From positions 128,001 to 192,000 of the forward strand of contig DASCPX010000027.1 in NCBI GenBank assembly GCA_036012755.1: 64,000 nucleotides of DNA. The letters run 5' to 3'. The DNA comes from Myxococcota bacterium. Its GTDB lineage: Bacteria > Myxococcota_A > UBA796 > CAJQPC01. The position numbers and the translations under genes are program-made. Below the pieces are notes generated by a model, which saw nothing but the letters and a program-made list of their open reading frames with translations, was not told where the DNA came from and made no database searches. Shown here piece by piece: positions 36,767 through 46,768 of this stretch (within the stretch, counting starts at the first letter, position 1; every line of letters starts with the position of its first letter).

Positions 36767-37389
36767 TCATCGCCTGTGGCCAGGTGCCGGAGAGCGATGG
36801 CCGGCGCTTTGTCCGCCAGCTCGGCGGCAGCCCGGAGGCCTGCGCCGCGATCGACGACGCTCGCCTGCGGGGCCACTGCCAGCTCGCCAACGGCGCTGCC
36901 TGCGAGGAGGTCGAAGTGGGCCCCTGGCAGGACGAGTGCTGGTTCAGCCTGGCCGAGCACATCGTCGATGATGACGAGGCAGTCTCGACCTGCACCAAGG
37001 CCGGCCTCTACGCAGGCGACTGCTTGACGCACCTGTTCAAGGCCCAGGTCGACGACGACCTCGCAGCCGCCGAAGCCCTGGAGATGCACTACGACGAGCT
37101 CGGGGCTGGCGACTGGGAGCCCCCTTGGGGATGGTGGTGGCGGCGGCATCACCAGCGAGCGCCGCGCCTGGACCGCAGCTGCGCCGAGCTGTCCCCGCCA
37201 CAGACGCGCCGCTGCCTGCGCGAGGCCATCCCCGCCCTTCGCCTCGCCTACCGGTCGGCCCTGTCCGAGCGCCCCCGCGAGCACTGCGGCCTCGCGCTGG
37301 AGGAACTCCGGAAAGGAAAGATCCCCTGGGTCGCGGACACAGAGCTGGACGCGGTCGTCGTCGAGGAGCTCGAGGCCGCCTGCCCCTAG
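36757..37389 (+). CDS. Cys-rich hypothetical lipoprotein
   Basis: MWLIIAC start overlapping the epmA stop; repeated C..I/V......C helical pairs. Confidence 0.65.
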   Translation: MWLIIACGQVPESDGRRFVRQLGGSPEACAAIDDARLRGHCQLANGAACEEVEVGPWQDECWFSLAEHIVDDDEAVSTCTKAGLYAGDCLTHLFKAQVDDDLAAAEALEMHYDELGAGDWEPPWGWWWRRHHQRAPRLDRSCAELSPPQTRRCLREAIPALRLAYRSALSERPREHCGLALEELRKGKIPWVADTELDAVVVEELEAACP

Positions 37390-39968
37390 GGGACCGCCGC
37401 TTCGCCCTCTATCAGCTGCTCGATCAGCGCCTCCATGAGCTCGACTTCGATCGGGCTCAGGCGGTACTCGATCTCCATGCCCTTCTCCTCGCCCGCTTGG
37501 AGAACGCGCTTGCGTGAGCTCCAGACGACGACGCCGTCGAGTCGGACGGGGTCGGCCTGCCCGGGCACGGCGATCTCGAAGGTGCACTCGCGACCCTCCT
37601 TCAGCGGCTTCTCGGCCTTGATGAAGGTGCGCCCGCGGTCGAGGTTCTCCCGGTACTCGCGAACGAAGGCGGTCGTCGTCCGGTAGCTGATCTTCAGGCG
37701 CGCCGGCTTTCGTGCGCGGACCCGAGGCTCCGGCTCGGGGATCGGATCCGGCTCGATCTCGGGCAGATCCTCCTCAGGCGTCTCGGCGTAGAGGTCCTCT
37801 GGGTAGAAGAGGTCCTCCTCCAAGAGCGCCGGCCGCAGCTCGTCACCGTCGATCGGAGCAAGGTCGTCGTCGGCCAGCTCGGAGACGGCGCCGTTGGCCT
37901 GGTTCTCCTCGGGAGGGGCGAGGTAGCCGAGGGCATCCGTCGGGAGTTCCTCCGCCTCGTCGTCCACCAGGTTGACACCCATCTCCTCATCGAAGTCCAG
38001 GAGCGAGGGATCGACCTCGGCTGGCTCCGGGTCGAAGTCGCCGTAGTCGATCAGATCGTCGGGGGTCTCGTCAAAGACCGCCGCGAGGTCGTCCGCATCG
38101 ATCCTGGCGGGCTCGGTGGATCCCCCAGCCACGACCGCGGCCGGCTCGGGTCGGGGCTCCTCCTCGAACGGCTGGATGTCCGAGGCATCGAGGGTGGGCA
38201 TCTCGATCGCCAGCTTGGTCCTGCGAGCCTGCTCCGGAGGCGGCTCCGGGATCTCGATGGCGGGGGCAGCGGGCTCGCCATCCGGCAGATCGATGCTGGC
38301 CGGATCTCCAGTGTCCTCCTCCTTTGTGCCGAAGATGCTGGAGAAGAAACCGGCCTTCTGCCTGGGCTCTCCAGCGACCGCGGGGGGGCCGATCCCTTGC
38401 GCCAGCCTGGCCTCCCTGACGACGCGGGCAGCCTCGACCGTCTCCGAATCCGGGAGGTGGGGTTCGTTAACGCGATCACCGTAGTTGCGGATGACCAGTT
38501 GCTTTCGCTCCCCGGTGAGCCGATCGACGGCGGTGGTGTGGAGCATTCCGTTGGCGTCGATCCGGAAGGTCACGTCGATCTTCCGTTCCATTCGCGCAGC
38601 GGTGCGTAGGCCGTCGAGGATGAACTCGCCGAGGCGCTCACACTCCTCCGCCACGCGGGAGGTGCCCTGGCGGACCGTGATGCGCGCACGCTCCTGGTCC
38701 TCGTTCGCGGTCGTGAAGACCCTGGTCTTGGTGAAGGGGATGCGGGTGTTTCGTTCGATGACTGTCGTGAAGAAGCCGCCCGCTGAGTCGATGCCGAGAT
38801 CGAAGGGGGTGACGTCGATGAGCAGCGTCGTCCCGATCTCCGGCTCGTCCAGAGACTGGGCGTGGACCGCCGCGCCGATAGCGACGACCTCCTCCGGGTG
38901 GACGGACCTGGAGGGCTCACGACCAAAGAGCGCCGAGATGGCCTCTCGTACGCGGGGCATCCGAGTCTGGCCACCGACGAGCACGACATCGTCGATCTGC
39001 CCGATCTGGAGCCCGGCCATGGCCACGGCCTCCTTCGTGATCTCGACGGTCTTGTCGATGAGATCGCTGACGAGCTCCTCGAGCTGCGTCCGGGTGAGCT
39101 CGTACTCCAGGTTGCGAGTGGCTGTTATGCGCGGGACGAGCACCGTGACCTTGTCGGCGAACGACAGCTCGCACTTCGCGCGCTCTGAGGCGTCCTTGAG
39201 CCGCTGGAGGGCCGTGACGTCCTCGCGGAGATCCTCGCGGTGGTCTGCGAGGAAGCGATCGGCGAGCCACTCGACGATGCGCAGGTCCAGGTCCTCTCCA
39301 CCAAGGTAGGTGTCGCCAGAGGTCGCGAGGACCTCGTAGACTCCGCTGGAGAGGTGGAGCACCGAGACGTCGAAGGTGCCACCGCCGAGGTCGAAGATGG
39401 CGACGCTGCGCTCGATGTCCTTTCGGAAGCCGTAGGCAAGGGCCGCGGCTGTGGGCTCGTTGAGCAGCCGGTCGCACCGGAGGCCCGCCATCTCCGCGGC
39501 CTTCATCGTCGCGGCGCGCTGGGAGTGGTTGAAGTAGGCGGGCACGGTGATCACGGCCTCGTCCACCGGCTCGCCGAGCGCCTTCTCGGCGATCTGTCGG
39601 GCCACCTTGAGGATGATGGCGTGCACCTCGATCGGCGACATGACGTTGTCGCCGATGGTGACGTGAGCCTCGCCGTTGGGCCCTTCTACGACCTGGTAGT
39701 GCATGCGCCTGGAGGTGTCTTGAGCCTGGCGCGAGTCGAAGGTGCGCCCGATCAGCCGCTTGGCGGCGTAGACCGTGTTGTGGGGGTCGGTCAAGATGCG
39801 GTTCTTGGCCGCTTGTCCAACCACGAAGCTCCCGTCGTCCTTCTGACAGACGACGCTCGGGAGCACCTTGTAGCCTTTCCCGTCCTCAAGGACCTTGGGG
39901 CGTCCCTTCATGAACACGGCCACGGCCGTGTTCGTGGTGCCCAGATCGATCCCGATGGTCCTGCCCAA
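37386..39968 (-). CDS. Hsp70/DnaK-family protein with acidic linker and C-terminal PilZ/TIGR02266-like domain
   Basis: GIDLGTTN, TVPAYFN, NEPTAAALAYG, DLGGGTFDVS, LLIDVTP; GGAGAG RBS before TTG at 39968 (alternative start 39986). Confidence 0.92.
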   Translation of the reverse strand: MGRTIGIDLGTTNTAVAVFMKGRPKVLEDGKGYKVLPSVVCQKDDGSFVVGQAAKNRILTDPHNTVYAAKRLIGRTFDSRQAQDTSRRMHYQVVEGPNGEAHVTIGDNVMSPIEVHAIILKVARQIAEKALGEPVDEAVITVPAYFNHSQRAATMKAAEMAGLRCDRLLNEPTAAALAYGFRKDIERSVAIFDLGGGTFDVSVLHLSSGVYEVLATSGDTYLGGEDLDLRIVEWLADRFLADHREDLREDVTALQRLKDASERAKCELSFADKVTVLVPRITATRNLEYELTRTQLEELVSDLIDKTVEITKEAVAMAGLQIGQIDDVVLVGGQTRMPRVREAISALFGREPSRSVHPEEVVAIGAAVHAQSLDEPEIGTTLLIDVTPFDLGIDSAGGFFTTVIERNTRIPFTKTRVFTTANEDQERARITVRQGTSRVAEECERLGEFILDGLRTAARMERKIDVTFRIDANGMLHTTAVDRLTGERKQLVIRNYGDRVNEPHLPDSETVEAARVVREARLAQGIGPPAVAGEPRQKAGFFSSIFGTKEEDTGDPASIDLPDGEPAAPAIEIPEPPPEQARRTKLAIEMPTLDASDIQPFEEEPRPEPAAVVAGGSTEPARIDADDLAAVFDETPDDLIDYGDFDPEPAEVDPSLLDFDEEMGVNLVDDEAEELPTDALGYLAPPEENQANGAVSELADDDLAPIDGDELRPALLEEDLFYPEDLYAETPEEDLPEIEPDPIPEPEPRVRARKPARLKISYRTTTAFVREYRENLDRGRTFIKAEKPLKEGRECTFEIAVPGQADPVRLDGVVVWSSRKRVLQAGEEKGMEIEYRLSPIEVELMEALIEQLIEGEAAVP

Positions 39969-39997
39969 AAGGCTCTCTCCAGCCAAAGTGCAGCAGA

Positions 39998-41395
39998 CTA
40001 TACCGCGTCACTCTCCTCTGACCGAAACAGCGGAAGCTGCGGCGTGTCGACCCCGGGTCTCGGCGGAATCGGGTAGCGACCGCTGAAGCAGGCGTCACAG
40101 TAGCTCCCGCTGTCCTCGCCCAGCTCGGCGTGCAGCGCCTCCATAGGCAGATACGCGAGACTGTCGGCGCCGATGTGCGCTCGGGTCTCCTCGATGTCGA
40201 GCCGGTGAGCGATCAACTCTTCCTGGGTTGGAGTGTCCACCCCGTAGAAACAGCTCGCGATGATGGGCGGGGAGCAGATGCGGAGGTGCACCTCAGCAGC
40301 TCCGGCCGCCCTCAGGAGCCGCACGATCTTGCGTGAGGTGGTGCCGCGGACGATGGAGTCGTCGATTACGACCAGGCGCTTCCCCTCGATCACGGAACGA
40401 ACCGGTGAGAGCTTCAACTTCACGCCGAAGTCGCGAATCTGCTGGCTCGGCTCGATGAAGGTGCGCCCGACGTAGTGGCTCCGGATGAGGCCCTGCTTGA
40501 AGGTGAGCTTCGACTCGAAGGCGTAGCCGAGGGCGGCCGGCGTGCCGCTGTCGGGGACCGGAAGGGCGACGTCCGCCTCGACGGGGGCGGAGCGGGCGAG
40601 ACGTCTCCCCCACCCGAAGCGCGAGTCGTAGACGGGTCGTGAGAAGACGTCGCTGTTCGGTCGCGCGAAGTAGACGTGCTCGAAGACGCAGCTCTTGCGC
40701 TCGCGCCGCGGGAAGGGCGACAGTGACATCACGCGGCCGTCTTCGATGATGATCATCTCTCCGGGCTCGACTTCCCGCTCGACCGTGCCGCCGACGAGGT
40801 CCAGCGCGGTGGTCTCGCTGGCGATGATCCAGGCATCACCGAGGCGACCGAGCACGAGCGGGCGGAAGCCCATCGGGTCGCGCACGGCCACGAGTCGGTC
40901 CTCGGAGAGCAGCACCAGGCTGTAGGCACCCTCGACTTGCATGAGCGCGTCTACGAGGCGGTTGATGAAGGTGCCCTGGATGCTCGTCGCGACCAGGTGG
41001 AGGATGACCTCCGTGTCCGAAGAGGTGGCGAAGATCGAGCCGCGCGCTTCGAGTCGCCCGCGGATCTCGGCTGCGTTGACGAGGTTGCCGTTGTGGGCGA
41101 TGGCCACCTGCCCTTCCCGGTACCTGACCACGAAGGGCTGCACGTTGCGCAGGGACGACTCTCCGGAGGTCGAGTAGCGCACGTGCCCGATCGCGCTGGT
41201 GCCGGGGAGCTTGTCGAGCTCCTGGCCTCCGTAGACATCGCCGACCAGGCCCAGACCACGCCAGGCCCGCAGGCGCGTTCCGTCCCAGGTCGAGATGCCA
41301 GCCCCCTCCTGCCCGCGATGCTGGAGCGCGTGCAGGCCGAGGTAGGCGACCTTCGCGGCCTCGTCGTGACCGTGGATGCCGACGATGCCGCACAC
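39998..41395 (-). CDS. purF: amidophosphoribosyltransferase
   Basis: MCGIVG Ntn Cys, QHRGQ, GHVRYST, DDSIVRGTT, YCDACFSG. Confidence 0.98.
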   Translation of the reverse strand: MCGIVGIHGHDEAAKVAYLGLHALQHRGQEGAGISTWDGTRLRAWRGLGLVGDVYGGQELDKLPGTSAIGHVRYSTSGESSLRNVQPFVVRYREGQVAIAHNGNLVNAAEIRGRLEARGSIFATSSDTEVILHLVATSIQGTFINRLVDALMQVEGAYSLVLLSEDRLVAVRDPMGFRPLVLGRLGDAWIIASETTALDLVGGTVEREVEPGEMIIIEDGRVMSLSPFPRRERKSCVFEHVYFARPNSDVFSRPVYDSRFGWGRRLARSAPVEADVALPVPDSGTPAALGYAFESKLTFKQGLIRSHYVGRTFIEPSQQIRDFGVKLKLSPVRSVIEGKRLVVIDDSIVRGTTSRKIVRLLRAAGAAEVHLRICSPPIIASCFYGVDTPTQEELIAHRLDIEETRAHIGADSLAYLPMEALHAELGEDSGSYCDACFSGRYPIPPRPGVDTPQLPLFRSEESDAV

Positions 41396-41398
41396 GCT

Positions 41399-42133
41399 CT
41401 AGGCGCCGAGCTCGTGACCGAAGACGCGGCTGTAGAGCTCCCTGTAGGTCTCGCTCAGGTCACCGAGGTCGCGGCGGAAGACGTCCTTGTCGAGCTTTCT
41501 GCCCGTGCCCTTCTCCCAGAGACGGCAGCCGTCGGGTGTGATCTCGTCGGCGAGGAGGAGCTGACCGCTGGGGGTTCGGCCGAACTCGATCTTGAAGTCC
41601 ACCAGGTCCACGCCGAGCGGGTCCCAGAAGCCCAACAGCGCCGCGTTGACCTTCAGCGCTGCCATGCGGAAGTACTCGAGCTCCCACTGCTCGGCCCATC
41701 CGAACATGACCGCGTGCACATCCGACATCGCTGGATCGTCGAGCTCGTCGCTCTTGTAGAACCACTCCACCATCGGGTAGGGCAGCGGCTCGCCCTCCTC
41801 CCGTCCGAAGCGGCGAGCGGCCGAACCGGCGACGATGTTCCTGACGACGACCTCGACAGGGACGATCTCCACGCGATGGCAGAGCTGGTCGGTCGCGGAG
41901 AGCCGCTCGACCAGGTGGGTCGGGAGCCCTGTCTCGGCGGAGACGAAGTTCATCAGGTGCCAGCTGATCGCGGCGTTGACGCGGGCCTTGTCCGCGACGC
42001 GATCGAACTTCTTGCCGTTGAACGCAGTGGCGTCGTCCTTGTAGTGGAGGATGACGTGGTCGGGGGAGTCGGCGACGGCAAAGACCTGCTTGGACTTGCC
42101 CTCGCGAAGTAGCTGTCCGCGAGTGTGGCTCAT
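41399..42133 (-). CDS. purC: SAICAR synthetase
   Basis: EGKSK, KDDATAFNG, VEVVVRN, LVDFKIEFG, ADEITPDGCRLW, LDKDVFR. Confidence 0.97.
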   Translation of the reverse strand: MSHTRGQLLREGKSKQVFAVADSPDHVILHYKDDATAFNGKKFDRVADKARVNAAISWHLMNFVSAETGLPTHLVERLSATDQLCHRVEIVPVEVVVRNIVAGSAARRFGREEGEPLPYPMVEWFYKSDELDDPAMSDVHAVMFGWAEQWELEYFRMAALKVNAALLGFWDPLGVDLVDFKIEFGRTPSGQLLLADEITPDGCRLWEKGTGRKLDKDVFRRDLGDLSETYRELYSRVFGHELGA

Positions 42134-42194
42134 TGGGGCCTCCAGTGAGGTTCCTAGCGAGGAGCTCCGACTCGCGCGGTGACGGTCCTGTGAA

Positions 42195-45100
42195 TCAGCC
42201 CTCTTCGAGCTGTTGGAGCACCCGCCGGAGACGCCGGACGCGGGCGCCCTGCTCCAGGCCGAGCCACTGCTCGAGCGCGATGCCGTAGGCCTTGCGGGCC
42301 CGCGCCAGCTGCCCGCAGCGGCGCGCCTCGTCGCCTGCCAGCTCGGCGGGCCAGGCGTTGTCGTAGTCGAGGTCTCCCCAGGACTCGAAGTCCGCGATCG
42401 CCTGGTCGATCGCGCGATCGAAGGCGGACCAGCGTCCGCTGTGGGCCTCCGCCGCGGCGAGGACGACGTGGAGAACGCCGAAGAGGCCGCGCACACCCCT
42501 GGCCCTGGCGTAGCCGAGCACCAGGACCGTGCGCTTGCGGGCCTCGTCGGTGTGTCCGCGCTGGAGGGCCAACAGCGCCAGGTTGGTCTGCGGGTACACC
42601 TTCGCGTACGAACCGCAGGCCTCGTACACGGCCTCGGACCGGAGATAGAGCCCCTCGGCCTTGGAGAAGTCCTCTGCGTGACGCGCGAAGACGCCGAGGT
42701 CGTTGAGGCTGTTGGCGACGCCGAGGCGGGCACCGATGCGCTCGTAGACAGCCAGCGCTCGTCGAATCCAGGTAGCGGCGCCGTCGAAGTCTCCGGAGTG
42801 GCGCAGCAGTATCCCCAGCCCACGGTGGGCCCCCGCGACGCCCTTCTCGTCGCCGAGCTCGGAGTAGAGCTGCTCGGCCAGCAGGTAGTACTCCCTGGCG
42901 CTCTCCGTTTCGTGGAGTATGCGACAGACATCCCCCAAGCCGAGGATGCAGTGGGCCTCGCCCAGCAGGTCCTCGACGAAGCGCCGATACAAGGCGAGGG
43001 CTTCCAGGTAGCCCTGCCGCGCGTCCTCCAGCAGCCCTCGCTGGCGGTTTGCCTCCGCGACACCCCGGATGGCTTCGGCAAGGACCCCGATCTGGCCGTT
43101 TTGGCGGGCGATGGGCAAGACGCGAGAGATCCGCTCGTCGAAGTCCGCCCACTTTCCTTGCAGGCGGTCCACCGCCGCGCGGACGACGAGGCCCTCTGCG
43201 ACTCTCGGATCCCGCTCGGTCAGGCCCAGGGTGCGCTGGGCAGCGAGGCGGCGGTCGAGCAGGTCTCGGGCCTCGGAGAAGCAGCCGGCGTCACGCAGCC
43301 GCTCGGCGGCGACCGCGAGCGGCTCCAGGGCTGCGTCGTGGTCTCCAGCGGCCAGGTAGTGCCTGGCTATGCGCTCGACCGCTTCCCCCTTGGCCCCGTA
43401 GCGCTCGGTGAGCATCGCAGCACAGCGACGGTGGTGGCGATCGAGCCGACCTTCCTCGTCGGCGGTGCGCTGGAGGGCCTCGCGCAGCATGCCGTGCACG
43501 AAGGCGAAGCCCTCATCTCCTCGAACGAGGAGCCGTACGCGGGCCAGGGCCTCGAGGACGTCCGGGCGGTCATCGTGCCCGCACAGGACTGCCCACTCGT
43601 CGGCATCGACCTGGTGTCCCAACGCGGCGGCCAGCTCCAGCAGCCGGCGGTCCTCTGGCCCCCGCTCGGAGAGCGCCGCGTCGAGGCGAGCCGACCAGAC
43701 CTCGTAGAGATCGTCCGGAATGGTCGCTCGCTCGCCGCTGCGAAGGCGCCACCCCTGCTCCGAGAGCTCCAGGACCCCACGATGGACGAGGTCGCCGACG
43801 AGCTGCACTGCGAACAGCGGAGAGCCGGCGGTGCGCTCCTCGACTTCGTCTGCAAGCTCGCCGGAGAGCCCGAGGAGACCCCGCACGAGCTCACGATGCT
43901 CCGCGTCCGCGAGCTTCCGGAGGCTCAGCACGCGAGTCTGCTCGGAGAGCTCCAACTGCTCGAGGAGCGAGGCAGCCTCTGGCCGCTCGAGGATCGCCTC
44001 GTCCCGGATCGTCAGGATCAGCATCAGCGGCATCTCGAGGCCGCGCGACATCAGCCAGCGAGCGAGCGAGAGGGCATCCGGTCCCCACTGGACGTCGTCG
44101 AGGTGCACGATGACCGGGCGCGGGCCGCCCTCGTCGACGAGATCGGCAGCTGCTCGCTGCAGCACTCGCTGGACGAGCACGTAGCGCTCGGTGGTCGAGC
44201 CGAGGCGCAGGCGAGCGTGGGAGGGTCGGAGCAGCGCGACGAGGCCGTCCACCTCGGAGCTGGGATCGCCGAGTCCCCTGCCCCTGAGCGCTACCTCGAG
44301 GTGCGCTTCGAGGTCGTCGCCCGAGAGGCCCACGGCGTGGAGGTGGCGCGCCAGCATCCGCGCGATGCCGAAGCGGGGCCCACCGACGGGGTCGTGGTCG
44401 GCCCGGAGCACTGTTGCGTTTCCGAGCTCGTTGGCGCGCTCGCTGATCCATGCGGCGAGTCGGCTCTTGCCGATGCCGCTGGGACCTCGCAGGATCAATG
44501 CCCTCGGGCTCCTTGCAGACCGGCACTCCTCCAGCAGCCTCCAGGCCATGTCGCGCTCGGCCTCTCTACCGACGAAAGGAACTGTCCGCAGGCCGTAGAG
44601 ACCGAGCCCCGCGCCGAAGACGGGATCGCCACGCTGGCCTGGACGGCGCCAGTCCTGGGGCAAGGGCGGGACCCTGCGCGGTGCCAGCGGCTGGTCCAGG
44701 GAGGTGGGCTCGTCGAGCTCGGGCGGCGGCCGATCCCAGTCGATCTCGACCCATGTCAGCGCCTGCGGCCTGGGAGCTCGAACCGGGACGGCAGGAGGAG
44801 GTCCGTCGGGGGGCTCCGGCAGATCCGCGAGCTCCCAGGCGGCGTCGGCAGCCCGCTGGTAGCGGTCCCAGCTGCGCTTCTGGAGGAGGCGTCGAAGCCA
44901 GGACTCCAGCCCCTCGGGCACGGAAATGGCTGGCTCGAGACGGGGTGGATCCTGGAGCAGGTGGGCCTGCATCAGGGCCTGCACGCCCTCCTTCTCGAAG
45001 GGCGGCCGATACGTGACCAGCTCCCAGGCGAGCACGCCGACCGCGTAGAGGTCGGTCCACGGCCCGAACTCGCGCCAGGCTCCGCGGAACTGCTCCGGAG

Positions 45101-45653
45101 CCATGCCCACCGGCGTCCCTACCAGCCCCCCGCTGCCCTCGGCCCGTCCGAGCGCGTGAGCCAGCCCGAAGTCCGAGAGCTTCAGCGCGGCTCCGGTGGT
45201 GGCCTCTGTCAGGAGCACGTTCTCAGCCTTGATGTCGCGGTGAACCACGCCGCGCGCATGTGCATGGGCCAGCGCGTCCAAGAGCGCGAGCAGGAGCCGA
45301 CGGCAGCCGCGCCAGTCGAGCTGTCTCGCCACGCCGCTGAGCGAGCCGTGGGTGGCGTACTCCATGACGAGGTAGGGGCTTCCGAGGGCCAGCTGGCCCC
45401 TGGAATCCTCTGCCGTCACCGCGTCGATCTCGCCGTGGTCGAAGACGCTGATGATCGAGGGGTGCTCCAGGCCCGCCACCGCGCGGATCTCCTGCCTGAA
45501 GGCGTCCAGGGCGCTGGCGTTTCGCGCGGCCTCGGTCGTGACGACCTTCACGGCGACCGGGAGGCCCTCTTCCGTGTGGCGTCCCTTCCACACCTCGCCC
45601 ATGCCACCGCGCCCGATGACGCCTTCGAGGTGGAACGGACCGAGGTGCAGCAC
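42195..45653 (-). CDS. Ser/Thr protein kinase - AAA_16/STAND ATPase - TPR protein
   Basis: IGRGGMGEV, HRDIKAEN, DFG, GTPVGMAPEQ; GPSGIGKS Walker A; LDDVQW Walker B; C-terminal TPRs. Confidence 0.92.
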   Translation of the reverse strand: MLHLGPFHLEGVIGRGGMGEVWKGRHTEEGLPVAVKVVTTEAARNASALDAFRQEIRAVAGLEHPSIISVFDHGEIDAVTAEDSRGQLALGSPYLVMEYATHGSLSGVARQLDWRGCRRLLLALLDALAHAHARGVVHRDIKAENVLLTEATTGAALKLSDFGLAHALGRAEGSGGLVGTPVGMAPEQFRGAWREFGPWTDLYAVGVLAWELVTYRPPFEKEGVQALMQAHLLQDPPRLEPAISVPEGLESWLRRLLQKRSWDRYQRAADAAWELADLPEPPDGPPPAVPVRAPRPQALTWVEIDWDRPPPELDEPTSLDQPLAPRRVPPLPQDWRRPGQRGDPVFGAGLGLYGLRTVPFVGREAERDMAWRLLEECRSARSPRALILRGPSGIGKSRLAAWISERANELGNATVLRADHDPVGGPRFGIARMLARHLHAVGLSGDDLEAHLEVALRGRGLGDPSSEVDGLVALLRPSHARLRLGSTTERYVLVQRVLQRAAADLVDEGGPRPVIVHLDDVQWGPDALSLARWLMSRGLEMPLMLILTIRDEAILERPEAASLLEQLELSEQTRVLSLRKLADAEHRELVRGLLGLSGELADEVEERTAGSPLFAVQLVGDLVHRGVLELSEQGWRLRSGERATIPDDLYEVWSARLDAALSERGPEDRRLLELAAALGHQVDADEWAVLCGHDDRPDVLEALARVRLLVRGDEGFAFVHGMLREALQRTADEEGRLDRHHRRCAAMLTERYGAKGEAVERIARHYLAAGDHDAALEPLAVAAERLRDAGCFSEARDLLDRRLAAQRTLGLTERDPRVAEGLVVRAAVDRLQGKWADFDERISRVLPIARQNGQIGVLAEAIRGVAEANRQRGLLEDARQGYLEALALYRRFVEDLLGEAHCILGLGDVCRILHETESAREYYLLAEQLYSELGDEKGVAGAHRGLGILLRHSGDFDGAATWIRRALAVYERIGARLGVANSLNDLGVFARHAEDFSKAEGLYLRSEAVYEACGSYAKVYPQTNLALLALQRGHTDEARKRTVLVLGYARARGVRGLFGVLHVVLAAAEAHSGRWSAFDRAIDQAIADFESWGDLDYDNAWPAELAGDEARRCGQLARARKAYGIALEQWLGLEQGARVRRLRRVLQQLEEG

Positions 45654-45702
45654 GAAGCGATGCTACCGGTCGGGGGCCAAGGGGATTAAACAGGTCCGGC
45701 CC

Positions 45703-45786
<84 letters not shown>

Positions 45787-45841
45787 GTTCTCGCCGTCGC
45801 GAGCGCCGACGACGTCGGGGCAGCGACGGCCGGGAGATCTC

Positions 45842-46330
45842 GTGAAGGACCTGAAGCACCAGCTCGCGGAGGCTCTCGGGGTCGAGCCGCCCTCGGAGGA
45901 GAGGCCGGTCCTGAGCGACCCGGCGCCCCGGGAACCACTGGCGGAGGACGCCCACCTCGACTCGGCCTGGCACCAGCGGCTCGTCGAGCTGGCCCGTGGG
46001 TTCTCCATCCAGCTGGCCGCGCGACCGAAGCTCGGTCAGGCGCGGCAAGCCAGCGACCAGCTGGTCAAGCTGCTGAAGAAGGCCGGACGGGGGCGCGACG
46101 CCAAAGAGCTCGCCAAGCTGCGCGACGCCTTCATGGCGAGGCGCGACAAGGCTGCCTGGGCAGCCGTGAAGGAGCGCTTCGCCGCGCTCGAGCTGAGCGA
46201 CAAGGCCTTCCGCTCGGTCAAGCAGTCCAAGGCGGATCCGACGCGCGTGCTAGGACTCATCGACAACAGCGGTGAGAGCCTGCGTGGGGCTTCGGCGAAG
46301 AAGGCCCGTGCGCTGCTCACGCGGAGCTGA
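45842..46330 (+). CDS. basic helical hypothetical protein
   Basis: GGGAG RBS; K/R/A-rich; typical codon usage. Confidence 0.7.
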   Translation: MKDLKHQLAEALGVEPPSEERPVLSDPAPREPLAEDAHLDSAWHQRLVELARGFSIQLAARPKLGQARQASDQLVKLLKKAGRGRDAKELAKLRDAFMARRDKAAWAAVKERFAALELSDKAFRSVKQSKADPTRVLGLIDNSGESLRGASAKKARALLTRS

Positions 46331-46345
46331 CCCGCACGGGGCGGC

Positions 46346-46768
46346 TCAGGGACAAGGGCTGCCGGTGAGCAGGAGCCCCGGGCACTCCGTCGCCGTCCGG
46401 TAGGTCTCCACGGCGCCGATGTCCGCTGTCGCCGCGTAGGTGATCGTGGCGTCGGTGGTGCTGTTCTGCACCGTGGCGCCACCCTCGACGTAGAGCATCG
46501 CGCTCGAGGCGTAGTTCCTGAGCAGCGCGCCGGTCGCGACGTAGATGGTCGCCTCCGGCCCGTTGTTGGTGAGGTCGGCCCCCGGACACGCGATCACGGC
46601 GGCCTGGTAGTCGTTGTTGAACTCGATGCCCGTGACCACCCGGGCGTCCGAGGGCACGGCGATCTCGCAGATCGCGACGCTCGTGTCCTGGCTGTCGATC
46701 GTCGTGACGTCGGTGTCGGAGCTCCACGGCTCCTTGTCTCCGCAGGCCAGCAACACCAGCGCTACCAC
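46346..46768 (-). CDS. hypothetical lipoprotein, beta-solenoid-like
   Basis: MVALVLLAC overlapping the upstream stop; repeated (I/L)YV..GA units. Confidence 0.6.
   Translation of the reverse strand: MVALVLLACGDKEPWSSDTDVTTIDSQDTSVAICEIAVPSDARVVTGIEFNNDYQAAVIACPGADLTNNGPEATIYVATGALLRNYASSAMLYVEGGATVQNSTTDATITYAATADIGAVETYRTATECPGLLLTGSPCP

Noticed and set aside
42213..45689. 1158-aa + strand ORF, and similar long antisense ORFs at 3512-5515, 26141-28420, 30690-32627 and 48482-51400
   Set aside because: Shadow ORFs opposite well-supported genes, expected at high GC3; no recognisable motifs
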